A stretch of 61,857 nucleotides of DNA from positions 1-61,857 of the IMG/VR virus record IMGVR_UViG_3300020381_000004, one strand, 5' to 3'. The notes below the pieces were generated by a model, which saw only the letters and a list, made by a program, of their open reading frames with translations, was not told the origin of the DNA and made no database searches. This DNA comes from a virus (Duplodnaviria; Caudoviricetes). Position numbers and translations under genes: made by a program. Positions 36,340 to 47,302 of this stretch are shown here, in pieces (the stretch's first letter is position 1; each line of letters opens with the position of its first letter).

Positions 36340-38239
36340 GCAATATCATTTGCTAGAACAAGACATAAGGGATATCTCTTGGGGTAATGCCGACTCTGAT
36401 TGGACACCTCCACAGACCATTCCAGACTTGTCACAGTATGATACCATAGCGATAGATTTAGAAACTAAAGACTCGAATCTGTTAAAGCTTGGGCCTGGAT
36501 GGTGTAGAAAAGATGGACATATTATAGGTATAGCTGTGGCTGCGGGAGATAGCTCTTGGTATTTTCCAATAGCACACACTGTTGGAAATATGCCTAAAAG
36601 ACCAGTGCTTGGTTGGTTAAAAGAATTATGTTCTGATACTACAAAAACATTTGTGTTTCACAACGCTCTGTATGACTTAGGATGGTTAAGATCCGTGGGT
36701 ATAGAAGTTAAAGGTAAAATTAGGGACACAATGATAGCAGCTCCAATATTAGACGAAAACAGAAGATACTATAATTTAAACTCTGTCGCTGGAGATTATT
36801 TAAAAATATATAAAGATGAGAAGATGTTGAAAGGTGCGGCAGAAGAGTTCGGTGTAGATCCAAAGTCTGAGATGTGGAGATTACCACCTCGATATGTTGG
36901 TGCGTATGCAGAACAAGACGCTTCGATAACTTTAAAACTTTGGAACATTTTGCAAGATAGAATTGTTTCTGAAGAGTGTACCAGTATATTTAATTTAGAG
37001 ACACAGTTGACTCCAGTATTGTTAGACATGAAAACAAAAGGTGTTCGTGTAGATTTAGATAAGGCTCAACAAGTAAAACGATATCTAACAAAATTAGAAA
37101 AAGACTTACTTAATGAGATAGCCTCTGAAACAAAAGTTACGATGGAACCGTGGGTCGCCACATCTGTAGCAAAGGTCTTTGATGCTATGGGTCTTTCTTA
37201 TTCTCGCACAGAAAAGTCCGGGTCTCCCGCGTTTACAAAACAGTTTCTTGCTAATCATCCTCACCCAATTGCAAAAAAGATTATAAAGATTCGAGAGATA
37301 AACAAAGCAAACACTACTTTTGTTGATACTATTCTTGAGCATTCTCATAATGGTCGTATACATTGTGACTTTCATCCTCTTCGTTCTGACGGTGGTGGCA
37401 CAGTGACGGGCCGCTTTAGTTCTAGTAATCCTAATTTACAACAAATACCTGCTAGAGATCCAGAGATAAAAAAACTAATCCGTGGTTTGTTTATTCCAGA
37501 GGAAGGTCACAAATGGGGTTCTTTTGATTATGCCTCACAAGAACCAAGATGGCTAGTGCATTATTGTGCTACCTTGACAGGCATAGATAGACATCCACAA
37601 ATTGACGATGTCGTAAAGTTGTATCAAGAGGGTCAAGCTGACTTTCATCAAATCGTTGCAGACATTGCTGGTATACCGAGAAAACAAGCAAAGACAGTCA
37701 ACCTTGGTTTGATGTATGGTATGGGCAAAGGTAAGTTAGCAAACATTCTTGATTTATCTGTTGAAGAGGCAACAAGTTTATTAGACAAATACAATAACAA
37801 AGTTCCTTTTTTAAAATCAGTTTCAGAAAAAGCTATGAGACGAGCAGCAGATAGTGGAGTGATTAGAACTTGGTTGGGCCGTAAATGTAGATTTAATATG
37901 TACGAACCTATTTCATATCAATACAATAAAGCACTTCCAATGAAAGAGGCTATAGCGGAATATGGTGGTAAAGGCAGAATAAGAAGAGCATTTACATACA
38001 AGGCGTTGAACAGACTGATTCAAGGGTCAAGTGCAGATCAAACAAAGAAAGCTATGGTTGATTGTTACAAAGAAGGATTGTGTCCAATGTTAACAGTGCA
38101 TGACGAACTTTGTTTTAGTATACTAAATCAAGACGATTCAGATAAAATAAAGGACATTATGTCTAATTGTATATCAAATCTTAAAATTCCCTTTGAAGTT
38201 GACGATGAAATGGGTCAAAATTGGGGTGAAGTTGGATAG
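36329..38239 (+). CDS. polA: DNA polymerase family A (3'-5' exonuclease plus polymerase)
   Basis: DLET, FHNALYD, TGRFSSSNPNLQQIP, DYASQEPR, KTVNLGLMYG, VHDEL. Confidence 0.95.
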   Translation: MTNEQYHLLEQDIRDISWGNADSDWTPPQTIPDLSQYDTIAIDLETKDSNLLKLGPGWCRKDGHIIGIAVAAGDSSWYFPIAHTVGNMPKRPVLGWLKELCSDTTKTFVFHNALYDLGWLRSVGIEVKGKIRDTMIAAPILDENRRYYNLNSVAGDYLKIYKDEKMLKGAAEEFGVDPKSEMWRLPPRYVGAYAEQDASITLKLWNILQDRIVSEECTSIFNLETQLTPVLLDMKTKGVRVDLDKAQQVKRYLTKLEKDLLNEIASETKVTMEPWVATSVAKVFDAMGLSYSRTEKSGSPAFTKQFLANHPHPIAKKIIKIREINKANTTFVDTILEHSHNGRIHCDFHPLRSDGGGTVTGRFSSSNPNLQQIPARDPEIKKLIRGLFIPEEGHKWGSFDYASQEPRWLVHYCATLTGIDRHPQIDDVVKLYQEGQADFHQIVADIAGIPRKQAKTVNLGLMYGMGKGKLANILDLSVEEATSLLDKYNNKVPFLKSVSEKAMRRAADSGVIRTWLGRKCRFNMYEPISYQYNKALPMKEAIAEYGGKGRIRRAFTYKALNRLIQGSSADQTKKAMVDCYKEGLCPMLTVHDELCFSILNQDDSDKIKDIMSNCISNLKIPFEVDDEMGQNWGEVG

Positions 38240-38333
38240 TGGCGATTATAAAAAGCTACACAAGAAGAGTCTTTTTTAAGGTGGAATCATACTAGAGGGG
38301 TATTGTTTCGCCTCTCTGTGAGCGTCTGAGAGC

Positions 38334-38516
38334 TTAATTTTTTCGGACAGGCTTACAATATGTTATGATTTTACCAGGTTTTCCGTCTTCGTTAGGAATA
38401 TTTGGTTGGGCCGTTAATCTCTCTGCAAAATATAAACATCTGTCTACATTTTTAAATCTCTGTGTCCTATCTATGATCTTTTCGTCTATCATAAACACTA
38501 ATAAGAATTCAATCAT
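38334..38516 (-). CDS. Hypothetical protein
   Basis: 60 aa, last gene of the late operon. Confidence 0.55.
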   Translation of the reverse strand: MIEFLLVFMIDEKIIDRTQRFKNVDRCLYFAERLTAQPNIPNEDGKPGKIITYCKPVRKN

Positions 38517-39154
38517 TCACCTTTTGCTTTCCAAAAATATTCATCTGTATCTCCGAGTCTAAACTTTTGTCCATTCTCAACTTGATATACTTCTGTACTA
38601 ACTTTGAAGTCTGGTTGTAAAGGCTGGTCTGGTGTGAGTGAATTATCATATACTCTCATTCTGTTATTAGGGTACAAACAATATTGCCCATTTTCTAATT
38701 CTAACAAATTGTGTGACTTGTGTTCTGCGGGTTTATGACTTGTAGAATAATCAACATTGTTTACATCGTCATGATAGTTATCCAAAGTAGCAATATAACT
38801 ACCTTTTAATATTCCATGATCTCTAGTGTATACTTCATAATCCATTGATCCTATAAACTGTTTACAAATAGAAACTACGCCATAATCCATGCAATTCCAA
38901 AACTGAAGATTGTAAAGATCCATATCTGGAGTGGGGACAACTGGGTTAGAAACGAATGCACTAATAGGTAACTTATCATACAAAGCACCATAATCAGGAA
39001 GGTAAGTTTCGAAATAAAACGCTCTCCCAGGAACAGATTTAGCCGTAACCCAAATCCCCTTAACAAACTCTCCATGACCATCTTCATGATCTCTTAAATA
39101 CTCTTTTCTAACCCACACATCTTCAGAAGGCAGGTTACATATCAAAGAAGCCAT
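38513..39154 (-). CDS. Conserved marine-phage protein
   Basis: 213 aa; WVRKEYL...YDKLPISAF...EHKS...PNNR. Confidence 0.7.
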   Translation of the reverse strand: MASLICNLPSEDVWVRKEYLRDHEDGHGEFVKGIWVTAKSVPGRAFYFETYLPDYGALYDKLPISAFVSNPVVPTPDMDLYNLQFWNCMDYGVVSICKQFIGSMDYEVYTRDHGILKGSYIATLDNYHDDVNNVDYSTSHKPAEHKSHNLLELENGQYCLYPNNRMRVYDNSLTPDQPLQPDFKVSTEVYQVENGQKFRLGDTDEYFWKAKGE

Positions 39155-39366
39155 TAGTGCATAGTTTCTTTTGTTATAATTTTATCTAACTGTGCTAAAG
39201 GTTGAGAGCTTCTACTGTCTATATAGTCTCCAAAAAAATCATAATCTCTTGTAACGACCTCTTTTACAAGAACATTGTTAACTATTTTTATCGTGCTAAA
39301 CTCTTGCTTAATAACTAAATTACCATGATCTTCTTCCATTGCTTCTTTAAACGGGCCATCTTTCAT
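39154..39366 (-). CDS. Hypothetical protein
   Basis: 70 aa, coupled. Confidence 0.55.
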   Translation of the reverse strand: MKDGPFKEAMEEDHGNLVIKQEFSTIKIVNNVLVKEVVTRDYDFFGDYIDSRSSQPLAQLDKIITKETMH

Positions 39367-39824
39367 GCTATCAATCCTTTCCTATATCCATTTGTTCTAT
39401 CATAGGTAAGCACATCTTTTCTGTTTTCGCCAGGGTATTCGTTATTATACGAGACATGAACCCAACCAGAACTTGGATCTCCAGTATAGCATTCTAAAAT
39501 TAATTGATCAAAGTCCATATTGTTTTGAATGTATTGAGCAAGTTCAAAATTATCAACGCCTGGGATTTCTATATCAGCCGCCTGACCTTTTGCATGTTGA
39601 CTGGTTGATTTTGAACCAATCGCTTCACATAAGGCGGGACTGCGATATCCAGAGTTAATAACCATGGGTTTTTTAAAATGATATCGTATCATTTCTAGTA
39701 CGCCATGGCACAACTGTTCCATAGCTTCTATATGGTTATCATCTGGTGTGTTGTCAATACCTTTTCGCTCTGCTGTTTGCGATTTTGTAAATTCTGTTAA
39801 AGTAAAATTTGCTGAAAGTCTCAT
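39363..39824 (-). CDS. Peptidase M15A family (endolysin candidate)
   Basis: LSANFTLTEF, SGYR, SQH..GQAAD, WVHVS. Confidence 0.85.
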   Translation of the reverse strand: MRLSANFTLTEFTKSQTAERKGIDNTPDDNHIEAMEQLCHGVLEMIRYHFKKPMVINSGYRSPALCEAIGSKSTSQHAKGQAADIEIPGVDNFELAQYIQNNMDFDQLILECYTGDPSSGWVHVSYNNEYPGENRKDVLTYDRTNGYRKGLIA

Positions 39825-42800
39825 CCAGTTCTCCTTGCTATTTCCATGTTCTTTAATATCTGTTCTGGGTTACCACCTAGAAACTGTGCAATCTCTCTGT
39901 TCTCTGGTGATGGATTAAGAAGTTGACTTGTAACTGTTGCTAAATTTATTGTTGGTTCTTCCGTAGTTCTCTGTGTTGTCTGCTCTGGTAGTTTTTGAGT
40001 TTCGTTTAACGGATTAACTTTAAAATTAGGATTTGATTTAGTGTTTGTTAAATCTAAAAAGTCATTCACAGTTGGTGGTGAAGCCTTTTTCTTAAGTTCT
40101 GGAGTAAGTTTCATTCCAAATCTTTTTCTGTATAATCTCATGATAGTAGAGTAAGGAACTTTAATTCCTTTTCTAATAGCAGATCCTAATCTTTCTTTAC
40201 TTGGTAGATATGGTATGTACTTATCTGCTCTTAAAGAAAATATTTCTTTTTTTCCTATGCCTGCTTTCTCTCTTAATATTCTAGCAATTTTATTATTAGT
40301 AAAGCCTAATTGTTTTAAACTGTCATAGTTTAATTTCATCTCTCTAAATGCTTTGAGTCTAGCATCATCTGCTCTTAAATATGCTTCCAACATTTGTTCT
40401 TTCGTTGGATCTTCTAATCGTAAAGCATCAGTAAATAATGTAGCTGCCTCTGATCTAAGTCCTTTGAACTCTTGAGCCTTGAACTCTGCAATTTTATCTC
40501 TATCTATAATTTGAGATTGTAATCCAGTAAAAGCTCTAAACAATTCACCATATCTTTTATACTCTCTTCCAGTAGTAGGTTCTTCTGCTTTTACATTGAA
40601 TCCTAAAAACTCTCCACCTTCTGGGAAAAATACTCCTCTTGCAGTTCTACCAAGTTCTGGTGATTTAACTGGCTGTCCTCTGACAATACCAAGATCTGCT
40701 CCAGTTGGAACTCTGACTGGTATGATGTTTGGTTTAAGAGTATCAAGAAGATGTATCATGCTTTTTTCTAAAGATAGTCCTAATCCATCTCCCTCTTTGT
40801 ATACTTTAGCACCAGAACGAGTTCGTCCTCCTCTTCCAACTCCGAGTCCTAAAGCACTTTCTTTTGGTAGCACATCGAGGACTGAATCATAAATCATTGA
40901 CACTTCAAAGAAAGGACTAAAAAATTCAGCGAGAGAATCAAACGCCGCTCCTCTGACGTTGGCAAAATCAGATTTTTGTAATCTTGATCCTTCTCGTAGA
41001 GATCTAAAAACTGTGTGGAAGGGTTTAGACAACATGTCCCAAGGGTTCGTGTAACTAAAATCTATAACTTCTGGATTACCTTTTTCATCTTTACCTACTG
41101 GTATCAACACAGAGTTTCTTTGCCAAGGTGCAGATAATCTGTTGATAGCATCGACCTCTTCGTCTGAAGTCCCAGTCATCATTTGTCCAAATCTTTGTAT
41201 TCCTTCTCCTAATACTCCAAAAGTAAACATAGAATTAGTAAGTCTTCTTGCTCCTATCTCTCTTATGGCTGCACTATCACTTGCTAATTCTTTCATAGCA
41301 ACGTCTAAAGTATTAAATCCAGTTCTTAAAATCTCTGCAGGGAAAGCGATAAAGTTACCAAGAGGTAATCCTCTTAATCCTTTTATGACATCTGGTACAA
41401 GTTCGTAGTTTGGAACTAAGTTACGAATATTATCTGCTGTAAACTGTTTAAATGCTTCATCAAGTTCATCACCAACTGCATCTGGTTTAGCTCCTATGTA
41501 ACGACCAAACTCTCTGTCTGCATTTCTTACCGCACCTGCGATTAAATTATTTTGTTGTTCTTTATTTAGATCATCAAAACTTCTACCTAGTGGACCTACT
41601 GGTTGCTTTTTTACTTTTGTTATTGCGGCTGACTGCATCTTTCTTCTAGCGTTTCTAAACTTTTGAAGCTCAAACAAGTAGTTGTATATCTTCCAAACAT
41701 CATCACCACCTCTATATAAATCTTCTGCAAAACCAAGAGGTCTTCTAAAAAACTGTCCGAGCTTACTTCTTTTTTCTGCATCAAAAGTAGGGTCTGATCT
41801 ACCTAATTGTCTTTCTGCTCTTTGCTTTTGTGTGAGACCTAAACCACGTTCATCAAATTCTTTTAAACCCTGGACAAAACCATCACTACCTTCATAGCCT
41901 AATCCTTTTCTTAAATTTTCTTGTATCTCTCTTAATTGTGCTGAACTACCAATAACACCCCTTTTTTGCATTTCCACAAGAAAGTCAAGTGTTTCATTGT
42001 CTCTTTTTAAATCTATAAAAGTTTTATTCTTTGTCTTAAGTTCTTTATCAATAGCATCTCTTAAAACTATATTAAACGAAGATCCTAAACTAGCTCCCTT
42101 GCCATAATTACCTTGAGCTATTGCAAATCCAGAAGCGGATGTTACGTTTCTTACTTGAGTTAAAGGAGATAAAATAGTTTTTGCGTACTGTGTAGCACCT
42201 TTCAGTGTTTGCATCATACCGTAAGTTTTTCTAAGTAAAGTAGGCATAGTATCGGCATCTGTCCAAACATGACTACTTAAATTGTTAAACATAACTCTAG
42301 GCACTGCGTATCCAAACATGGTTCCATAAATACTACTTGTTTGATTAGCACCAGGAGAATAAGCATCTCTTGCTATAGTTGTCTCTCCAGAACGTCCTAA
42401 GATTACATGATTAGGATTTTCTTCTAACCACTTATTTAAAGCGTCACTTAAAAGTTCTTTATCTAGTTGACCTATTCTACTGATTTGATCTGGGTTGATA
42501 TCATAAGTGGTTGCTCTTTCTTTTATAAATTTTATGATCTCATCATCCATTTTAAAGAAGACTTGTTTTTCAGGTTTAAAACCAACTTCCGTGGCTCGTG
42601 CTGCATTTCTCGCGGCAACTGAAGCTATGTTTGCATCGGCAGATTGTTTGAACAACGATAAAAATCTATCTGTTGCAACAAAGTTAGATAGCTCAGACAC
42701 AGTAGATATAAAAGCTTCTCTTGGATCTCTGACTTCACCAAGTATCTGTCTTAATACTTCACTGTCTACTTTTCTCTTATTAAGTAAACTGGTATCTAAT

Positions 42801-44626
42801 CTTGTTTGAAACAATCTATTCAGACCAATGCCTCTGTTTCCACCTTTGGCTTTTGCGTTTGCTACCACTGTATTTATGTACGACTCTGCTTGTTGTCTTG
42901 AAAGACTTGCACCACCTTGAATAATATCGTCCATTTGTTGATCAGTTATTCTCATCGGTGTTTCAGATAAAATACCTCTTATGTGTCCTAAATCTGTGCC
43001 TTCTCTTGCGAGAATTTTCTGGATAATTTCTTCTTTTGCTTGAGGTTGTATTTTATAATTCTTGTCATTATATATTCTATATAACCTTCTTAAATATCCA
43101 CCCTCTCTCATCATTCTTTCAACTTGATTTTCAAATTGAGCTCTAGTGAGGTTACCTTGAATAACTGCATCATCTGGTAAATCTTGAATAACTTTACTTG
43201 CTACAAATTGATCAGATAACTTCTTAATCATATTAGCTGCATCTACATATAAAGTGTATAATTCATCTGGTAAATCTACAATCTTATTTGCTTTTTGTCT
43301 TGCTACTTGTTGTTGATTGCGTGACAAGCCTCGTAAATTTTGATCTTTTCTTGCTCCCTCCAAGACATCCATAAAATTATCTACATACTTTCTTTTACTG
43401 TGATCTGGTAATCCAGTGAAACGAGGGTTCTTTAAAGTTTCAGTAATCTTTTTATCAATCTCTTGCATTTTTTGTTTAGCAATTTTGATGTTACCTTCTA
43501 CTTCTGGATTAATTAAAGATCTGGCTCTCGCAACAACTGGATCTAAAAAACCTCTGTATCTTAACAAAGATTCCATTTTAGCAATAAAGCTAGGTAAAGT
43601 TGTTAGTTTTTGAGGATCTTTGGTAAGTAACTCTTCTCTTCTAGCAATAGATCTTTTAGCAGTATCTATCATGCCTCTAGCTAAAGGAACTGTCATACCA
43701 CTAGCTAAATCTAAAACTGTTGTATTTTCTGGAATAACTTTACCTGCAAAATTACCAACTTTTTCATTTAAAGCTTTTATTCCTTCCACTGGTCTTGCAC
43801 CGAGAGTCTTGTTTAGAACTGTAAAAGAAGCACCCAATGCTGGAGGAATGACACCTGTTGCTATTCCACCCTCAAGACCAACTTTTAGTTTATTTGCTAT
43901 TTTTGCAAAAGCTCTTTCTTGACCGTCCATGCCCACTGCATCAACTGTATTCGTTGGGCCAGCATCAAAAAAATCTCCTAATGTTTGTGTATCATCTGTA
44001 GAAACTATGGCATCTGCCAACCCAGCTGCACCTAACATGGTGGCGTATCGACCTACTTTTTGTGCTTTGGTTCTGACTTTACCAGGTAATCCAAACACAG
44101 TAGGTTTTTTCTCAAACATAGTAAAAGGATCTCGTCCTTTTCTGACTGCACCTAATTTAGTTCCTAATTGATAAGATTCTATTTTACGGTTTTTAACAGC
44201 CATTCTTGGCTGACCTCTCATGATTCGTGCTACTCGTCCCACCTTTGACACGGCAGAGGCGGCGGCAACACCAGGTATACCAAACTGCACCAATGCTTCT
44301 GTAACTTTACCTGCTGCACCCGTAGGATCTATACCAAGATCCTCTCTAAGTCCATCAAACCATTGTTCAACAAGACCAGTGGCATTGCCTCCAGTAATTG
44401 CGTCAGATACTAAAGTTCCAGTTGATACGATACCTTCTGGTATTTTTGATAAACCAGAAAGTACACCTTCACCAGCTTCAGTAAAAAATCCTTCATACTC
44501 TTGAGGATCGCCTTTTTGAGCTTTTGCTATTTTCTCTTCAAACTGTCTTACTCTTCTTTCAGCTTCTTCTTGACCTATCTCTTTTGAGTAAGTGTAGTTT
44601 TTTCCATCAACATTATAAGTAAACAT
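39821..44626 (-). CDS. Large internal virion (ejection) protein
   Basis: 1601 aa at the end of the core-protein cluster; GNFIAFPAEILRT. Confidence 0.7.
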   Translation of the reverse strand: MFTYNVDGKNYTYSKEIGQEEAERRVRQFEEKIAKAQKGDPQEYEGFFTEAGEGVLSGLSKIPEGIVSTGTLVSDAITGGNATGLVEQWFDGLREDLGIDPTGAAGKVTEALVQFGIPGVAAASAVSKVGRVARIMRGQPRMAVKNRKIESYQLGTKLGAVRKGRDPFTMFEKKPTVFGLPGKVRTKAQKVGRYATMLGAAGLADAIVSTDDTQTLGDFFDAGPTNTVDAVGMDGQERAFAKIANKLKVGLEGGIATGVIPPALGASFTVLNKTLGARPVEGIKALNEKVGNFAGKVIPENTTVLDLASGMTVPLARGMIDTAKRSIARREELLTKDPQKLTTLPSFIAKMESLLRYRGFLDPVVARARSLINPEVEGNIKIAKQKMQEIDKKITETLKNPRFTGLPDHSKRKYVDNFMDVLEGARKDQNLRGLSRNQQQVARQKANKIVDLPDELYTLYVDAANMIKKLSDQFVASKVIQDLPDDAVIQGNLTRAQFENQVERMMREGGYLRRLYRIYNDKNYKIQPQAKEEIIQKILAREGTDLGHIRGILSETPMRITDQQMDDIIQGGASLSRQQAESYINTVVANAKAKGGNRGIGLNRLFQTRLDTSLLNKRKVDSEVLRQILGEVRDPREAFISTVSELSNFVATDRFLSLFKQSADANIASVAARNAARATEVGFKPEKQVFFKMDDEIIKFIKERATTYDINPDQISRIGQLDKELLSDALNKWLEENPNHVILGRSGETTIARDAYSPGANQTSSIYGTMFGYAVPRVMFNNLSSHVWTDADTMPTLLRKTYGMMQTLKGATQYAKTILSPLTQVRNVTSASGFAIAQGNYGKGASLGSSFNIVLRDAIDKELKTKNKTFIDLKRDNETLDFLVEMQKRGVIGSSAQLREIQENLRKGLGYEGSDGFVQGLKEFDERGLGLTQKQRAERQLGRSDPTFDAEKRSKLGQFFRRPLGFAEDLYRGGDDVWKIYNYLFELQKFRNARRKMQSAAITKVKKQPVGPLGRSFDDLNKEQQNNLIAGAVRNADREFGRYIGAKPDAVGDELDEAFKQFTADNIRNLVPNYELVPDVIKGLRGLPLGNFIAFPAEILRTGFNTLDVAMKELASDSAAIREIGARRLTNSMFTFGVLGEGIQRFGQMMTGTSDEEVDAINRLSAPWQRNSVLIPVGKDEKGNPEVIDFSYTNPWDMLSKPFHTVFRSLREGSRLQKSDFANVRGAAFDSLAEFFSPFFEVSMIYDSVLDVLPKESALGLGVGRGGRTRSGAKVYKEGDGLGLSLEKSMIHLLDTLKPNIIPVRVPTGADLGIVRGQPVKSPELGRTARGVFFPEGGEFLGFNVKAEEPTTGREYKRYGELFRAFTGLQSQIIDRDKIAEFKAQEFKGLRSEAATLFTDALRLEDPTKEQMLEAYLRADDARLKAFREMKLNYDSLKQLGFTNNKIARILREKAGIGKKEIFSLRADKYIPYLPSKERLGSAIRKGIKVPYSTIMRLYRKRFGMKLTPELKKKASPPTVNDFLDLTNTKSNPNFKVNPLNETQKLPEQTTQRTTEEPTINLATVTSQLLNPSPENREIAQFLGGNPEQILKNMEIARRTG

Positions 44627-44630
44627 TTAA

Positions 44631-46388
44631 TTAACCGAAAGTTGCACCAAAGTTAGTAAACAAAGATTTATTTCTCTGCAATACTTTCATTGTATCTGCG
44701 TCTTCTTCTTCTATTGCAGTCTTTATCTGTTCTGGTAAATCTAAATAGTTAAGTTGTATCTTTCCTTTATATTTATTGTATAAAGGTCTGTATTCAGTGA
44801 TCAAAGCACTTAATGCTGCACTTGGGTTTGAAGTGGTAGGATCTAATGCTTTTTGATATGGACTAGTTGACTTCTGTAAATTTTGAATGGTTGCACCAAG
44901 CTCATTCTTCATTTGAGTTGTTAACTCTGTGTCTTCAACAGCCGAAATACCGTATCCTCCAGTTCCACCAGAAATACCTATTTTCTGCATAGCCTCACTT
45001 GGATATTTCTTATTACCCTCTTTTAATGCTTTAATTAAATCAAACTGACTTTGAATACCTTTTGGAGTCAACTCTAAATTATCTGCTGTAGCTGGTTCAT
45101 TTGGATCTTTTAATTGAACAAGATCACTAGCTATCGCTCCTTGTATTTCATCTGGTAACATAGCAGCTATCTTTGCTTTTGACATTTCTAATGTTTTTTG
45201 AAATTCATCTGAAGACTTATCAAGTTTAAATTTTTCAAGATCAAATTGTGCAAGAGTGCTCATAGTATTTAGTTTTATTTTTCTCATTGCAACTTCTGTG
45301 TTTAATTTATTTAACAAATCTTCTCTTGCTTCCCCACGAGTTTGTTGAACTATATTAAACTGTGCAGCTTTTCTTTGAACATCTAATGCGTTCATAGCCA
45401 CTCTTTCTGCCTTTTCATCTTTTAACAATCTATACATTGTGTTTTGATATTTTTCTACATCTTCTCTGTAATCATCTCTAAGATTTTTCATGTCTCTTCC
45501 ATAGCCTTCAAGACCAACACTAAAACCTTTTGCTACATTAGTAAGTGTGTTTGGACTTTCTCCTGCCGCCATAGCAAGACCTGCTCTCATCATGTTAAGC
45601 CAAATAGAACCTTGTTGATCTTTTGATAAATTTTCATCTAACTTATCTTTGTCGTATCCAAGCATATCAAAAGCTGCATCTTTTACATCTGAAAAAGTAA
45701 CTTCTTCTGGTTTTTTATTTAAGGCATCAAAATAATCTTGTTGATGTTGTTCGTAAGTTGTACCTAGATAAGTGGCAGAGTTAACATCTTCTAAATCTGA
45801 GGCATAGTTATTATACACATCTTGAAGCTCTTTGGTCTGGTTTTGTATTCTTTGATTTACGTCACTAAAATCAAACGATTTTGTTGTTGTCCCTTCAGTA
45901 GTTTCTCCTTCTGTAACTAAAGAAGGATCGTCATCTGCTGAAGTAAACACCTCACCAGTTCCTTCATCAATACTATCATCATTTTTTGTAACTTTTTTAT
46001 CTAATATTTTTTTATTAGTTTCGTTTATTTTAATAGCATCTTTGTCTTTTTTAACTGCGGTGTCTTTTGCTAATTTAGCTTCTGTTCCTGCTAACTCCTC
46101 TAATTGAGTTTTCTCTTTTGCTTTAGCTTCTGGATCAACATCTTCTGTGCTTATTATTGTTGTTTGAGGTTTGCCTTCTCCATAAACACCTGGTGTTCTT
46201 TGTAGTATTTTTTTAAAGCCTTGATCAAAATCAAATTGTTTTGGAATACTTAAAGCTGGATTAGCTTGTACTGATGAGAATAGATTAAATCCACCACCAT
46301 TAGATCTTTTAATTAACTCTGGTCCACTAGCCATGATCCCAGCGGCTCCACCTTTTTTACGAAACATTGGTCTATTGTATATACTCAT
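44631..46388 (-). CDS. Internal virion protein
   Basis: 585 aa; RPMFRKKGG N-terminus; helical. Confidence 0.65.
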   Translation of the reverse strand: MSIYNRPMFRKKGGAAGIMASGPELIKRSNGGGFNLFSSVQANPALSIPKQFDFDQGFKKILQRTPGVYGEGKPQTTIISTEDVDPEAKAKEKTQLEELAGTEAKLAKDTAVKKDKDAIKINETNKKILDKKVTKNDDSIDEGTGEVFTSADDDPSLVTEGETTEGTTTKSFDFSDVNQRIQNQTKELQDVYNNYASDLEDVNSATYLGTTYEQHQQDYFDALNKKPEEVTFSDVKDAAFDMLGYDKDKLDENLSKDQQGSIWLNMMRAGLAMAAGESPNTLTNVAKGFSVGLEGYGRDMKNLRDDYREDVEKYQNTMYRLLKDEKAERVAMNALDVQRKAAQFNIVQQTRGEAREDLLNKLNTEVAMRKIKLNTMSTLAQFDLEKFKLDKSSDEFQKTLEMSKAKIAAMLPDEIQGAIASDLVQLKDPNEPATADNLELTPKGIQSQFDLIKALKEGNKKYPSEAMQKIGISGGTGGYGISAVEDTELTTQMKNELGATIQNLQKSTSPYQKALDPTTSNPSAALSALITEYRPLYNKYKGKIQLNYLDLPEQIKTAIEEEDADTMKVLQRNKSLFTNFGATFG

Positions 46389-47302
46389 TATGTATACCTC
46401 GGACCACCAAAGAAATTACCAAACCCTCCAGCAGATCCTACTGCTCCAAGACCCGCGATACCTAGTCCCATTAACTGTGATCCCATACTTGGACCAGGTC
46501 TACTTGTTGTTGAATAGGTAGATTGTAATGCTGGAACACCTCTAAAGATATCAGACATAAAACCAACTTGTTGATAAGGCAAGGCTTGTTGTGCAAGTGC
46601 GTCTGCTCTTTCAACATCTCTTTCTCTCTGTCCTTGTTGCTGTTGCAGTCCACCAATACCTAGTAATGTGTTAATATCTTGTACGCCCATTTGTTGTCCC
46701 AACTGTCCAAGACCAGCTTGTGCAGTTCCTAACTGACCAGTCAATTGTGCTTGTCTTAACTGTTGATTTGCCGCTTGTTGTGCCGCTTGTTGTGCTTGTT
46801 GAAAACCTTGTGACCTTAACTGAGCTCCAGTTCTTGCTTGTTGATCCATTGTGTCTGCTGCAATTTGTCCTTGCAATACAGCTTGTCTAGAACCACCAAA
46901 CGCACCAGCTCCTACTGCACTTGCTTGTGCTTGATTTTGTTGTTGCCTTCCTTTATCTGCAATGTCTGCTTGAGTTCTTGCAATAACATCTTCTGTATAC
47001 GGATCCATAAATTGTTGATAGGAAGTCGGATCATAACTTGCTCCTTGTGCACCTGCAATACCTTGACCAACTGCTGCACTACCTTGTTGCAAAAAAGGTT
47101 GAAATGCACCTACTCCACTGAGTGCGTTTGCTATAGCTTGTTGTTGACCTTGTGACAAACCTTCTACAGTTTGTTTAAAGTAAGGCATTTGTGAACCTTC
47201 ACCTGTTAAACCTTTAGCACTAGCAAATATATCTGCTAAAAATTCTTCTTGAAATGGTGCTAATCTAACGGTTTGGGTTTGATCTACTGTTTGTGTTGCC
47301 AT
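46388..47302 (-). CDS. Gln/Gly/Ala-rich DNA-transfer (pilot) protein
   Basis: FMDPY...GAGAFGGSRQ; hydrophobic Gly-rich C-terminus. Confidence 0.7.
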   Translation of the reverse strand: MATQTVDQTQTVRLAPFQEEFLADIFASAKGLTGEGSQMPYFKQTVEGLSQGQQQAIANALSGVGAFQPFLQQGSAAVGQGIAGAQGASYDPTSYQQFMDPYTEDVIARTQADIADKGRQQQNQAQASAVGAGAFGGSRQAVLQGQIAADTMDQQARTGAQLRSQGFQQAQQAAQQAANQQLRQAQLTGQLGTAQAGLGQLGQQMGVQDINTLLGIGGLQQQQGQRERDVERADALAQQALPYQQVGFMSDIFRGVPALQSTYSTTSRPGPSMGSQLMGLGIAGLGAVGSAGGFGNFFGGPRYT

